This document shows, one piece after another, positions 25,957 to 37,339 of a stretch of DNA of 64,000 nt. The position numbers and the translations under genes were made by a program. The stretch spans positions 62,001 through 126,000 of the forward strand of contig MU626284.1 of the NCBI GenBank assembly GCA_025603075.1, written 5' to 3'. This DNA is from Neoconidiobolus thromboides FSU 785. Its lineage: Eukaryota; Fungi; Entomophthoromycota. Under the pieces are notes generated by a model that ran no database searches, had not been told where the DNA came from, and was given only the letters and a program-made list of their open reading frames with translations. How positions within the stretch are numbered: the stretch's first letter is position 1; the number at the start of each line of letters is the position of its first letter.

Positions 25957-26956
25957 TTTTTTAGGGGAATTAGATTGGGATATTAAATGTAAAGCAAATG
26001 AGTATAAAAAAATTCCAATCGAGATTCGAGAATTTTATATTTATTGCTTTACTTTTATAGCTTACTAATTTGGGCTTCGAAATTTGCAGGTTTTTTAACA
26101 TTTTTGTTCAAGTTTAATTATGGATGGATAGTAGAAATCATGTGGATAAATTGGATTAATTTAAGTCTTGTTTCTGTTAAAGCTTAATTTGCCAAGTGTT
26201 AGATTTTATTTTTATAAAGCTTTATCAGATGAAAAGGGTTCAATTTTATTAGTAACTCAAAGTTTCATTGAGTTTTTATTTTTAGTTCTGACTAAAAATA
26301 AAATGTTTACTTGCTTTTATGATTTAACAAAATTGCATTTATTAAATTATCATCTAATAAGTATTGAATATTGAAAATAAAATATTAGATAAATAGCTAT
26401 ATTAGCATTTAAGAAGATTAATACTAATATTATATTCTTTACCAATACTGGGGTCATCTTACACCATAACTAAGTTTAATGTAAAATTCAATAAAAATCA
26501 ATTTAAAGAATAAATCAAAGTTCTAGTACCTTATTATTTAAAATTTAATTATTAATTTTAACATATTAAAAATGAATTATTTTATAGCATTTAAACAATT
26601 AACTTATTTGAAATTATTCGATTGTTTAATATCTTTTTATCTTATTTATAGCTTGAATTAAATTATTAATTTATAATTCCATGATTTATTAATTTTTCTT
26701 ATGATATAATTTTATAACTTAAAACTGATACTCTATATTATGTTATTATATTATATCGGTTTAAGGTTGTTTTTTATTTAAAATGGCCTACATTTGTTTG
26801 TTTAAAAGAGAGTTAGCATTTAAACATTAGATTATTAATAATTCCATCTTAAAACTTTAATATTTTTAAATTCTCTAAATTAAACTACAACTAATTAAAT
26901 AAACTCAAAGTCCAATACAAACTCAAATTAGATAAAACCTAAAAAACTTCAACACT

Positions 26957-28810
26957 TTATTTCCTCTCGAACAAATCATTTTTCGCTTGATTCCTATCAT
27001 TAGTCATCCCGGCCAATGCTATTCCACCAAACAATGGATGTGGGCCATTATTGGCTGCTAATCCCTTACCAAATTTAGGTCTTAAATTTTCCAATTCTTG
27101 ATCTCTTTTAATATCTAATTTATGTTGTTGATGAGAAGAATGAACTAAATGAGACAAAGATAATTTAGTGTCTAATTTAAACACTCCTCCACTTTCTTTA
27201 TTACTAATTTTATCATACAAGAGTTGAAATTTTTGTTGAAATTTTGGTATATTATCAAATAATTCAATCTAATATCAGGGAGAAATGTAAATTAAATAAA
27301 TAGTATCATTGTGATTATCTTGATATTATATTTACCTTATAATTTAATGGTATATTTTCTTTTTGAATTTGTGTAATTAATTGAGCTACAGTAGTCGAAT
27401 ATACCATTCTTAATCTTGGTGGTGAACTTGGCGGACAAGAATAAATAAGTACTATAAATTAATAATAAAAGACAAACATATAATAATTATAATAATAAAT
27501 AAATAAATAATTACCATATGTAAGATCTGTACGAATCTTACTTTCTACTTCTTGTTTTTGTTCTTGTTCTTCTTCATTATTACTATTATTTTCTTCGACT
27601 AGTTCATCTTTTTCTTCAATTGGACTTTCGATTTCTCCTTTATCACTTTTACTATCTTCTTCCTTTTCTTCATTATTGTCTTTAAATTCCTCATCCGTAA
27701 TTTTATTATTTTCATTTACAATAGGCCAAGTATGTTGTTTCATTGTTGAAGGTTTTACATTTTTAGATATTTCTTTCTTTTCAACTTCTTTTGGATATTG
27801 TTCCCCAATAACTGTTAGATAAAACCTAGGTTCATTATGTTCAGGAAATGGGATTAAACTTTCTTTTCTCCAAAATTGAATTTGATCATTGTTTTTTTCA
27901 GAGATTACTTCAATTCCATCTTTTTTATCCGTAACAGCCTAATTAAATTCAATAAATTAATATTGAATTAATTTATATTAAACTCATATTATTTTGTTTC
28001 TTATTAACATTATAAAGAAAATAAAAATTACCATTTCAATCCAAGCCAATTCACCCAAACCCAACTTTTGAATACTTTGTTTAGTATTTTCGAATAATGG
28101 TATAGCCACTTGATGAAACCCACCCGAATTAAATGTAGCTAAATTGGGTTGATTACCACCTTCATTTCCTCTATTTAACAAGGCTTTGGCAATTTCTTCT
28201 CTCGCAGTATCTTCTTGCTCTCTCTATTTAACATAAAAAATGAAATACTACTATAAAGATTAATATAAAAACTTACTGCTTCTTCCCTACTTAATTCTAC
28301 TTTAGATAAAAGGGCCTTCCTTTCTTCTCCTGTAACTTTTAAATTTTTCATTCTATCAGCTAACTTATTTCCTCCCTTTATACCCCCGCTTGCTGGTCCC
28401 AATACTCTATTTAAATACTCCCCAGAAGACTTAATCTCCAAAACACTTGTAAAATGGTGATCCGATAGAATAAACTTACTGCCAAATAAATCCTTTAGTT
28501 GTTGTTTTGAACTTGCATACAACATTCTTTCTTTTATTTTAACTGTACCATCAGGGATATAGGATACAAAACACCATTGATCTTTACTTACTCGTAAGAA
28601 ATAGAAGCGTGCTTCTTTGGGGGTTATAGAATCGATGAAAGTAGCCATGGTGATGGGGATGGAACCTTCAGAAAAGGTATCTAGGACTAGAGTGGAATCA
28701 GTTACTTTAATTTGGATTAGATGAACAGAAGAGGTATCTTTTGAACGTTCTTCACGTATAAAAGTATCTAATTGGGGAGAGATTAATATTCCACTTCTTA
28801 GACTAGTCAT
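26957..28810 (-). CDS. TWF1: Twinfilin-like actin-binding protein (two ADF-H domains) with an acidic insertion
   Basis: 5 exons. ADF-H 1 has SYIPDGTVKIKERMLYASSK; the linker has GGFHQVAIPL; ADF-H 2 has EPRFY ... LIYSCPPSSPPRLRMVYSTT. Confidence 0.8.
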
Positions 28811-29227
28811 TTTTTATGGATTATCTAATGGCTTAGATTAGTTTATATTTAATTGATTGTTTTATTTGAGTTTACTTTTTTTAAATTTTATAAAATAATA
28901 TTATTTTTAAATTTAAAATTGTTTTTAAGCCACTTCTTAATGTGTTGACATGATCAAAATCAACCAATTAAATCAATAGGACAATTATCTCTTACTTTTA
29001 AGGAGAAATTCAAAATATAAAATTCAGGTCCAAATCAGTTAATTTTCATGTTATTACAACATAAGGTAATAGTGTATTTACAATAATATCAAGTTGAAAA
29101 TAATTGTGCAATAATTTAGAAATTATAACTTGTATATTTAAAGGGTGTAGCAGAAATAAAATAAAATAAAACAAAAATCATTCAAAGCTCTTCCTTTATT
29201 TTAATATCATCAAAAACCTGTCCTCAA

Positions 29228-31413
29228 TCAATTTAACTCCTTTTTAACCCTTTGAGCTACAAGATTTAAAAATTCTTCTGTATTAACATAATGGCTTCTA
29301 TTCAACCTAGTTAACGATTAATTAATATCTCTTCACTTTAACTTCATTCAAAAAATATTTACTTATCCCCATGAATAGCTAATGCTAAATCTTTAGTCAT
29401 TTTGCCATCTACATCTACAGTATCTAAAGTAGCTTTTTCTAATTTATTACTAAATTGTAATAATTTAGAATTATCATCTAATTTAGCTCGATGAGCTAAT
29501 CCTCGGGTCCATGCAAAAATAGAAGCAATAGAGTTGGTACTAGTTTCATTACCCTAAAGAAAAAAAAAGAAAAAGAAAAAATTAGTTTTGGTTAATTCAA
29601 AAGGAAAGGTTAAGTTAAAATATAAACCTACCTTTTGATGTTCTCTATAATGACGAGTAACAGTACCTATAATAGAAGATTATTGAATATAAGTAACAAA
29701 AATAAACTTATTTAAATTACCATGAGCAGCTTCAGTTTCCATGGTTTTACCATCAGGTGAAATCAAATAACTAGTCATTAAACCAAGGGAGCCAAAACCT
29801 AAATTAAAAATTAATAAACATCATATAATATTAATTAATATTAATTACCTTGAGCTAAAATATCAGACTAAACAATTTTATAAAAAAGTTGTTAATAGAC
29901 TTTAAATTTCAATTAATTTTATATTTACTTGTACGTCACTAAATAAAATTCATATTAGTTAATAAATGTAATAGAATATCAAGATCAATCTTTTTTACCC
30001 ATCATAATTTTTAGCTGCCCAAACAAAACCGCCATTAGATTTTAAAGCAAAGGCAACTAAATCATCAATTAATCGATGTTCATACCAAATATTTAAAGAC
30101 TCAAATTGAGATTTATAATCACTAATTAAATATAAATATAAAAAATTAATATTAATATGTAAAATAAAACATAATGTTAATAACAATAATAATCTTATCT
30201 ACCTTTCATAAATTTGTTGAAATATTTGCATAAATCTACCATCATATTTCTTTAAAATTGTATTTTTAGTACTTAAATATAATGGATTTTTTTTTAAGAT
30301 AGCTAATTGAAAGCAAGAATGAGCAAATGCTTTAATCGACTAAAATAAAATATAATTAGTAAACAATTTAATTATTATATATTATTATTCCATCTTACTT
30401 CATCAATATTATACATTCCTAAAGCAACACCAGGGCCCTAATAAAGTAAATAACCATTAATTTAAGATCAAACCTATTTAAAAGTATTTTACTTTAAAAT
30501 CATAAATTTCGTATGTAGTGGGCTGTTTACTTCCATCCTCAGGAGTAAATTTCATTGTTAATTTACCTGGCTCATCAATAATTAAATCTGTAGCACGATA
30601 CTAGTATTCAATCATAAGTTAGATATTTCAACGTTATTTAATTCCAATATTTACTTGATCCCCAAACGCATGTCGACCAATAATAATTGGTTTTTTCCAT
30701 CCAGGTACAATTTTAGGTACACTATTTAATACGATAGGTTCTCTAAATATAGTTCCTCCTAAGATATTACGAATCGTTCCATTAGGTGAGCGATACATCG
30801 ATTTTAAATTATATTCTACAATTAATTAAAATTCGAATTAGTGGTAGGAAAAGTGGGATTGAAAAAAGAAGATTACCTTTAACTCGGCCTTCATCTGGTG
30901 TGATTGTAGCACATTTTATTCCTACATTATATTTTTTGACTGCTTCAGCAGCATCAACCGTAACTTGATCTTCTGTCTATTTTTTAAAATCAAATTAAAC
31001 TAAATTGAATTTATCATTATATTATTATTAATTTATGATTACCGAATCTCTATTTTTCAAACCCAAATCATAATATTTAATATCCAAGTTAACATAAGGT
31101 AAGATTAACTAAGTTGAATTGAATATTATTAATGTTATTATAGAACTTATTAAATAATTATAAATATACTTCTTCTTTTATCTTTTTCCAAATAATACGT
31201 GTCATTTCATCCCCATCCATATCTACTACAGGATTATCAACTTGAATCCTGGAATTACTGGAATCTTTATTATTAATAATTAATAATTAATAATTAATTT
31301 TTAGTAATTTCTAATCTTTATATTTTAGATAACTTACAATACTTAACCCCATTTAAAGTAAGTGCTTTCTTGGTACTTCCAGTTGCAACTAATTTATTAA
31401 AATTTCTCAACAT
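29228..31413 (-). CDS. IDP1: NADP-dependent isocitrate dehydrogenase, probably mitochondrial
   Basis: 15 exons join to give [64 protein letters not shown] and EAAHGTVTRHY. The N-terminal extension is R/K/S-rich without acidic residues (presequence-like). Confidence 0.96.
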
Positions 31414-31815
31414 TTATTTTATCTTTTAGAAACTTATTAAAATTAATTTTTCTCTTCTTTATTTATAATCGTGTTTATTTTATTTTTTTGATGATTCAAT
31501 CTTTATAATATGAGTCATCGACAATTTCGATAACTATCAGTAAATTTGAGTTCATTGGCTATCTTATTCAATAAAATTTGAGTAATAAATTCTTTATATC
31601 TGATAATTTAAATTAAAATATTCAAAAATGATAGAGAATATTTATCTGATTAACAATAATAATGGTAATAGATAACGACGAATTATAGTGAAATTACGTC
31701 AAGTAATCAAAAACTTAAAATGAAGTTAATAAAAATATGTTAATAATAAATAAAACTAAATAAAATCCAATAGCTTATTTAAATCCCCCTAACTTTATAT
31801 AACAAAAAAAAATCC

Positions 31816-32508
31816 TTAAATCTTAAGTCGACTTTCGATATCCTTTCTAGTTTGGTCAACCAAGTCTACTTTATCCTGTCTAGAAGCATTATAACCTAAA
31901 TGAGCTTGATTGAATGGATTCTCGGGTGATTTTTGCCATTCCTTCCAAAGTAGTTGTTTTAGTTGAGTTAATCTCAACCCTTTGTTTTCTTCTTTAAGTA
32001 TTGGTAGTCTTTTAGCTTCAAACTGAGTATAAGCCGCTTTAGCTCTTCTTTCTGGATGTAATTCAATGCCGCCAGATTTAATATTAATTGCCTGTTCGCC
32101 TTCATTCATCGTATCTAATAAATCAATAGCATCATCAATATTTCGAGCTTGATATTCTGCTTTCCCATTTAATTGATTCAAGAATCCATCCATTCCTGAG
32201 GAAGAGCCATCTTTTTTAACTGGTTTTTTATCCCCAGCTGATTTATTATTTTTTTTAACTTTAATCTTGCTTATTTCTTCTTCTTCTTGCTTCTTCAGTA
32301 ACTCTAGTTCTGCCTTCTTAGCTGCTTCTCTCGCTTTTTTAGCTTCTTTATCTTCAGCTTTGCCTCCCTTCTTCGCCCCTTTACTCCAATATTCATCTTC
32401 AGCCGCATCCTTAACTGCTTTTTCTTTTTGTGCTTTTTCTTCTTTAACAGCAGCTTTCTTTTCTTTAGCTGCAGTTACTTTGCTGTTTTCTCCTTTGAAA
32501 CGAGCCAT
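31816..32508 (-). CDS. CCDC124: CCDC124/Lso2/Oxs1 family protein (DUF1014)
   Basis: Intronless 230-aa ORF with a Lys-rich coiled coil, EDEYWSKG, and HPERRAKAAY...LRLTQLKQLLWKEWQKSPENPFN. Confidence 0.9.
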   Translation of the reverse strand: MARFKGENSKVTAAKEKKAAVKEEKAQKEKAVKDAAEDEYWSKGAKKGGKAEDKEAKKAREAAKKAELELLKKQEEEEISKIKVKKNNKSAGDKKPVKKDGSSSGMDGFLNQLNGKAEYQARNIDDAIDLLDTMNEGEQAINIKSGGIELHPERRAKAAYTQFEAKRLPILKEENKGLRLTQLKQLLWKEWQKSPENPFNQAHLGYNASRQDKVDLVDQTRKDIESRLKI

Positions 32509-33168
32509 TTTTTATAATTGATATTTAAAAGGTAATAGTCGTGTTGATTGATGTTTTTGTTTTATTTGATTTTAGCTGAAATAAAGCTGGAACCAATTAA
32601 ATTTAAGCTTGGTTTTCGCAGCTATTTTTGATCAAGTAAGGAAATAAAATAAGTTGCTTATGTTGAATGGTAGTTGTTTTAAAGTCTATTTTTATTGATA
32701 TAGTAATAAATTTAGCTTTGATTGAGGATTATTTTTTGTATGCTACTAAAAAATGAGGGTTTATTCAGCATTATTTACAGTTGTATAGATTGAATAAAAT
32801 TTTATATTTCTATTATAACTAATTTTTATATAATAATGATAATAAATAAATTTAATTATAAACATTAATAATGTTATATTTGAAGAATTTTACTAAAATT
32901 TTAATACTAATTTAGTAAATCTTGAATTTTATTAAAATAGCAAAAATGTGGAATTTGTCAAATAAATCAAGAAACGAATAACGGGATTATCAAAAAAGAG
33001 AAAATTAAGGTATTAAAAATGTCTTAAATCGATTAATTAAGAGAAAAAGGGGGTTAACACATAAAGTATAAAATCCTTAACTATACTCTTAAAACAAAAA
33101 TTTTAACTTTTTTTATAAATAAAATTATTTTACTATCTAATTTAATATCTTTCCTCATATAAATAAAG

Positions 33169-34116
33169 ATGAATTATTTGAATGATACCAACTCAAAAGC
33201 ATCCAGAGAAATAACACCCCGTGATAGTAATACACCATCTAACAACTATGACCATAATAATCGAATACCTAGTTATTTATATAATAAACCCAGTTCCCCA
33301 ATGGCTACCAGCGATAATTTAAGATCCCCTAATCGAGTATCAGTATCGAGTAGTGGATTAAATATGTATAGCCCTACACAGAACCGATTTCAATCCAATT
33401 ATCAAGAAGAATCTATAAAATCTTTCTCTGCGACTGAAGAAATAGCTTATAATTCCACCTCGCATCGCCACAGCCATCGTGATTCCCATCATAAACGTCC
33501 CAAAAAAAAGAAAAATTGTTGTATACGTTGTTGTTGTTGTTGTTGTCGATCACGTACTGGAGCGTTAATTTGTGGTATTTTCACAATTTTATTATTAATC
33601 GGTATTGGTGTAGGTGCTTTTTTCTTATGGCCAAGGATACCAACAGTGGAGTTAATATCAGTTACTCAAACTAATACTAATGCTCCAATCGATCAAACTA
33701 GTTTTAATAATTTATTTCAATCCAACAATAACAACTTACAAGCTCAAGTTAATATTAACTTAAGGGTACAAAATTTAAATTATATCGATATTGTAATTAA
33801 TCAAATTACACTTACTGGTGATTTACAAAATAATATAGTAACAATTCCAAATTCATTAACTGGTAAATTACCCAAACCTGTTGCTTTAAAAGCCCAAAAT
33901 ATATCACCATTGATATTGCCTGTGACTATAATATTGCCTGGAACTTCTTCAGCTTCTAATGATCAATTAATGGGTTTAAGAGAGGTTTGTGAAAGTAAAC
34001 AAAATTTAATGTTTAATTATCATATTAGCTTGGAACTGCCATTAGTATCTTGGACAGGTTATAAGCCTAAATTAAATAATTCATATTCATTTAAGTGTCC
34101 TTGGAATATTAATTGA
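33169..34116 (+). CDS. Single-pass membrane protein with a LEA_2-like luminal domain
   Basis: Disordered Ser/Pro N-terminus, then KKKKNCCIRCCCCCCRSR, a TM helix, WPRIP and NLRVQNLNYIDI (LEA_2-like NxNxxxI pattern). Confidence 0.7.
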   Translation: MNYLNDTNSKASREITPRDSNTPSNNYDHNNRIPSYLYNKPSSPMATSDNLRSPNRVSVSSSGLNMYSPTQNRFQSNYQEESIKSFSATEEIAYNSTSHRHSHRDSHHKRPKKKKNCCIRCCCCCCRSRTGALICGIFTILLLIGIGVGAFFLWPRIPTVELISVTQTNTNAPIDQTSFNNLFQSNNNNLQAQVNINLRVQNLNYIDIVINQITLTGDLQNNIVTIPNSLTGKLPKPVALKAQNISPLILPVTIILPGTSSASNDQLMGLREVCESKQNLMFNYHISLELPLVSWTGYKPKLNNSYSFKCPWNIN

Positions 34117-34394
34117 TTTGAAAGTTAATAAAGTTAAAGTTCTGTGTGTGTTAATTATGATATTATATCTTTTTTTAAATTGAGTATATGCTTTATTAAG
34201 TTTTTTTGTATGTTTTTTTGTATGTTTTTATCAATGCAATAATCTCTTTTGAAAAAAATAATAAGTGTGGGGTAAAAAATAACTTAACTAAAAGGATTCT
34301 AAATCAACGTGAAATTTTTATTAAAAAAATCTACTATAAAAACATAAAAGTATAAATAACTATTAATTTTCATAATTTATTATATCAATAAAAA

Positions 34395-34580
34395 ATGAAA
34401 TTATTAATTTTGATGTTAATTAATCTTTCTTCCTTAATATCTCAAAAAACAATTGAGATAAGTAATCCTGGAATGATGGATGGCATGCAATTTGCATCGT
34501 GTGAAATGAGTTGTGAATTAAAATTTGCTTTTAATCCAATGGGTAAATCGTCTTGTCGTAGAAATTGTTTTGTAGATTAA
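34395..34580 (+). CDS. Small putatively secreted peptide with a twin CX3C motif
   Basis: 61 aa. Signal-peptide-like MKLLILMLINLSSLIS and C-x3-C-x13-C-x3-C. A-rich start context, upstream TATAAA and downstream AATAAA. Confidence 0.55.
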   Translation: MKLLILMLINLSSLISQKTIEISNPGMMDGMQFASCEMSCELKFAFNPMGKSSCRRNCFVD

Positions 34581-34941
34581 TGTTCTTTTTTATATGGAAA
34601 TTCCTTCCAACTGTGTTAGTTTTGATATATAATAAAGTTAAATAAAGATATCATTTCATTTTGATATTTTCTTATTAGGTTGATTTAATCTTAAAGCAAT
34701 GATTATTAATTGACACTTTCATTTAAGTAATCTTTGTTAGAAATATTTTTTAAATAAAATAAACATAATTATATATATATTTATTGATGTCTAATACCTG
34801 GTGTTAATTTTGCCCTTCTTGTTTTGAAGTTGAAAACATATTAGATCATAGGCTCTTCGCTTGCCCTAATTTAAAGGTTTTTTAGTACAACTGCGTGTCT
34901 ACTATTATTCTCGGCCTCCTCAATATTAAATTTGATATTAT

Positions 34942-35040
34942 GGGGATGTTTTTTTTGGTTTCATTACTTTTTCCATCCTCTAAGTACTATTTGAGCGGAA
35001 AAATTATTAATAAAATCCTTAAATATAAAAATACATCCCC
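34942..35040 (+). mobile_element. MITE family A copy
   Basis: GGGGATGT...ACATCCCC ends with a perfect non-palindromic TTAT/TTAT direct repeat. Confidence 0.92.
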
Positions 35041-35044
35041 TTAT

Positions 35045-35884
35045 GGATATCACTTCTTATCCCTCTTGTTTTCACTCTTTCTTTGTTGGATCGTTTTATC
35101 GACGATGTGCGCCATCTATTAGCTATATACAAAATTGTCCTTTGACAAGGACCCCACTAGAATGACAATTAACCTCCCATTTATTGAATAAAGAACATCG
35201 TAAATTAGTGATTTCAAATTCTCCAAACTTCGTCTGACCAAGAGCCAGAAAGGTAGGAAAATTATCCTATCATAGCCTTTAACACTTATTCTCTAATTTA
35301 TTTTTGCATTTGCTGATGATCCATTTGAAGGTATTGTCCCTATCAAGAGTTTAAAAAAACTCAACGTTAAACATCCAAACTGAGTCTTTCTAATCATTAT
35401 TATCTGTATTTAAGAATCCTCGAATACATTCATACATTGAATGCACCAGTTATTACAGAGAGCCTGAATAAATGTGATAAATGAAATCAGTAATTTTGTT
35501 AACTGTTCCAGTAGTATCTTCTAAAAAAACTTCTTAATTCACAGCTGAATCAGGAATCAGTACCTTTAGTACGTTGTCACTTCACTTTGAAGAACCAACC
35601 ATTTCGATATTCATAAATAGTCTCAATTCTGGTACATTCTAATGAGTTAAAAAAGCTAAGAATGACGTAACATATTCAGGCATTAACATACCAACCATTT
35701 CTAGCTATATAAGAGTTCTAATTATAGCTGTATTAGCGTTTGGTTTAGTTGCAATATCTTCAATATTTTTATTAGCATCTCTTAAATAAGAATTTGAGTT
35801 AAATGATTGGATGTTTAGTTTACAAGGAAAGTAGTTAGCTTGTGTCAGGAATTGCCTTGATATTTCTAGTTTAACAAAGAATCT
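35045..35884 (-). pseudogene. Decayed ORF with about 15 in-frame stops and no frameshift; ends near a LIDGAHR motif
   Basis: One frame runs about 280 codons. In the first 60 codons it has 1 stop, against about 6 and 10 in the other two frames. It is preceded by an intron-like 35885-35933 (GTAATT...TTTCAG). Confidence 0.5.
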
Positions 35885-36203
35885 GAAAGATAAATTTAAT
35901 CTTGTTAATAATAATAATAATAATGGTAATTACAACTCAATTTATTAAAATATTAGAATTAGTTATTTAAAAAAGCATCTGCTGAATCTTTTGAACTGGA
36001 TTCAACAACCCTTTAACCAGTTTTTAAAACTTTAATCCTTTATGAAATTAGAATTAAAATTAAAATGGATTATGAAATTTTATTTTTAAACAATTTTTGT
36101 CTAATTTTAGATTATTATAAATAATTAAACTTTATTTAATACAAGTTTTAAACAGCTGATTTAAAACTATTATATAATTTAGTAGTAAAAGCACTATTTA
36201 TAT

Positions 36204-36297
36204 AGAATGTTTTTTTTGGCTTCATTACTTTTTTCGTTTTTTAAGCGCTATTTGAGTAGAATAATTGTTAGCAATTCTAATACAAAAATACATCCCC
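36204..36297 (+). mobile_element. MITE family A copy (left TIR eroded)
   Basis: Shared core and an ACATCCCC right end. Flanks are ATAT/AAAT. Confidence 0.8.
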
Positions 36298-36432
36298 AAA
36301 TTATATACGCTTTTTTTTAATGAATATAAATATAAAATGAAATAGCTGTTATTATAGTAGGAATTAATTTTCAATATTATAATTACATTAATTAATATTA
36401 GAATTTTTTATTTTTTATTTATTTTTGTTTTC

Positions 36433-37339
36433 TATGAGAATTCCTGCTATATAATTCCAAACGATGTTATCTCCCCGTTTTGATATCCATACTTGAAGTA
36501 TAAAACAGCTTTTAGAATATGGTAACTCGAGGCTTTCTAATTGAATTATTCCTTGATATCGTACCTTTAATAAAGCCACTAGATCTTTCCGATGATATTT
36601 TATATTATCGTTGTCTATTCTATTTTTCTTATATAGTGTGAAATCTGGTGCTCAGTGATTGAAGTCAGAAACAGCTATTTCCTGGTTGCCTACACTATAA
36701 GTCAAAAGATCTTAGTTTATGTGACTAAGATAGACTTGGATTATGAAGGATAGCACGTAATAGGTTACAAGCTATATAAGACAAATAGAATAGACAATAC
36801 TATGTGAGATCTGGTACTCAGGGTTTGGAGTCAAGAACAGCTATTGCTGGGTTGACTACACTATAAGTCGAAAGGTCTTAGTTTATGTGACTAAGATAGA
36901 CTTGGATTATGAGGAATAGCACTTAATAGGTTATAAGCTATATAAGACAAGTAGAATAGACAATACTAATGTAAAATCTATGTAAAATACTATTAAGAGA
37001 ACTTAGTGGCTTTATTAAATGTTCGAGATATCAGGGAATAATTCAGTTAAAAAGTCTTGAGCTATTATGTTTTAGAATCTCTTTTATACTCCGATCAGAA
37101 TAAGAGCATGTGACTAATTGTCTCTATAATCGAGAACACGACAGCTTAGGCGATTATTATGCTATAATTAACCATGGGGCTGACAAAGTGATATTTCACA
37201 ATAGTCTGTAACCTATTACGTGCTATCCTTCATAATCCAAGTCTATCTTAGTCACATAAACTAAGATCTTTTGACTTATAGTGTAAGCAACCAGGAAATA
37301 GCTGTTTCTGACTTCAATCACTGAGCACCAGATTTCACG
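36433..37339 (-). mobile_element. Outer solo-LTR-like element, interrupted by a same-family insertion
   Basis: The head (37339-37205) and the continuation (36632 to about 36500) join across the ATAG duplication to restore ...GGTTACAGACTATATAAGAAAAATAGAATAGAC, colinear with the inner element. The left boundary is approximate. Confidence 0.65.
36637..37200 (+). mobile_element. Inner solo-LTR-like element with a tandem 166-bp head duplication
   Basis: TGTGAAAT...ATTTCACA termini (TG..CA, 8-bp inverted) with a 4-bp ATAG direct repeat on both sides. Units 36637-36802 and 36803-36968 differ at about 18 of 166 positions. Contains a CTATATAAG box. Confidence 0.78.

Noticed and set aside
34905-34916. 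TTCTCGGCCT resembling the start of U2 snRNA
   Set aside because: Only a 10-nt match; the branch-pairing and Sm-site regions do not follow.
34895-35122. 75-aa hydrophobic ORF
   Set aside because: It runs through a MITE copy, so it is a chance frame.
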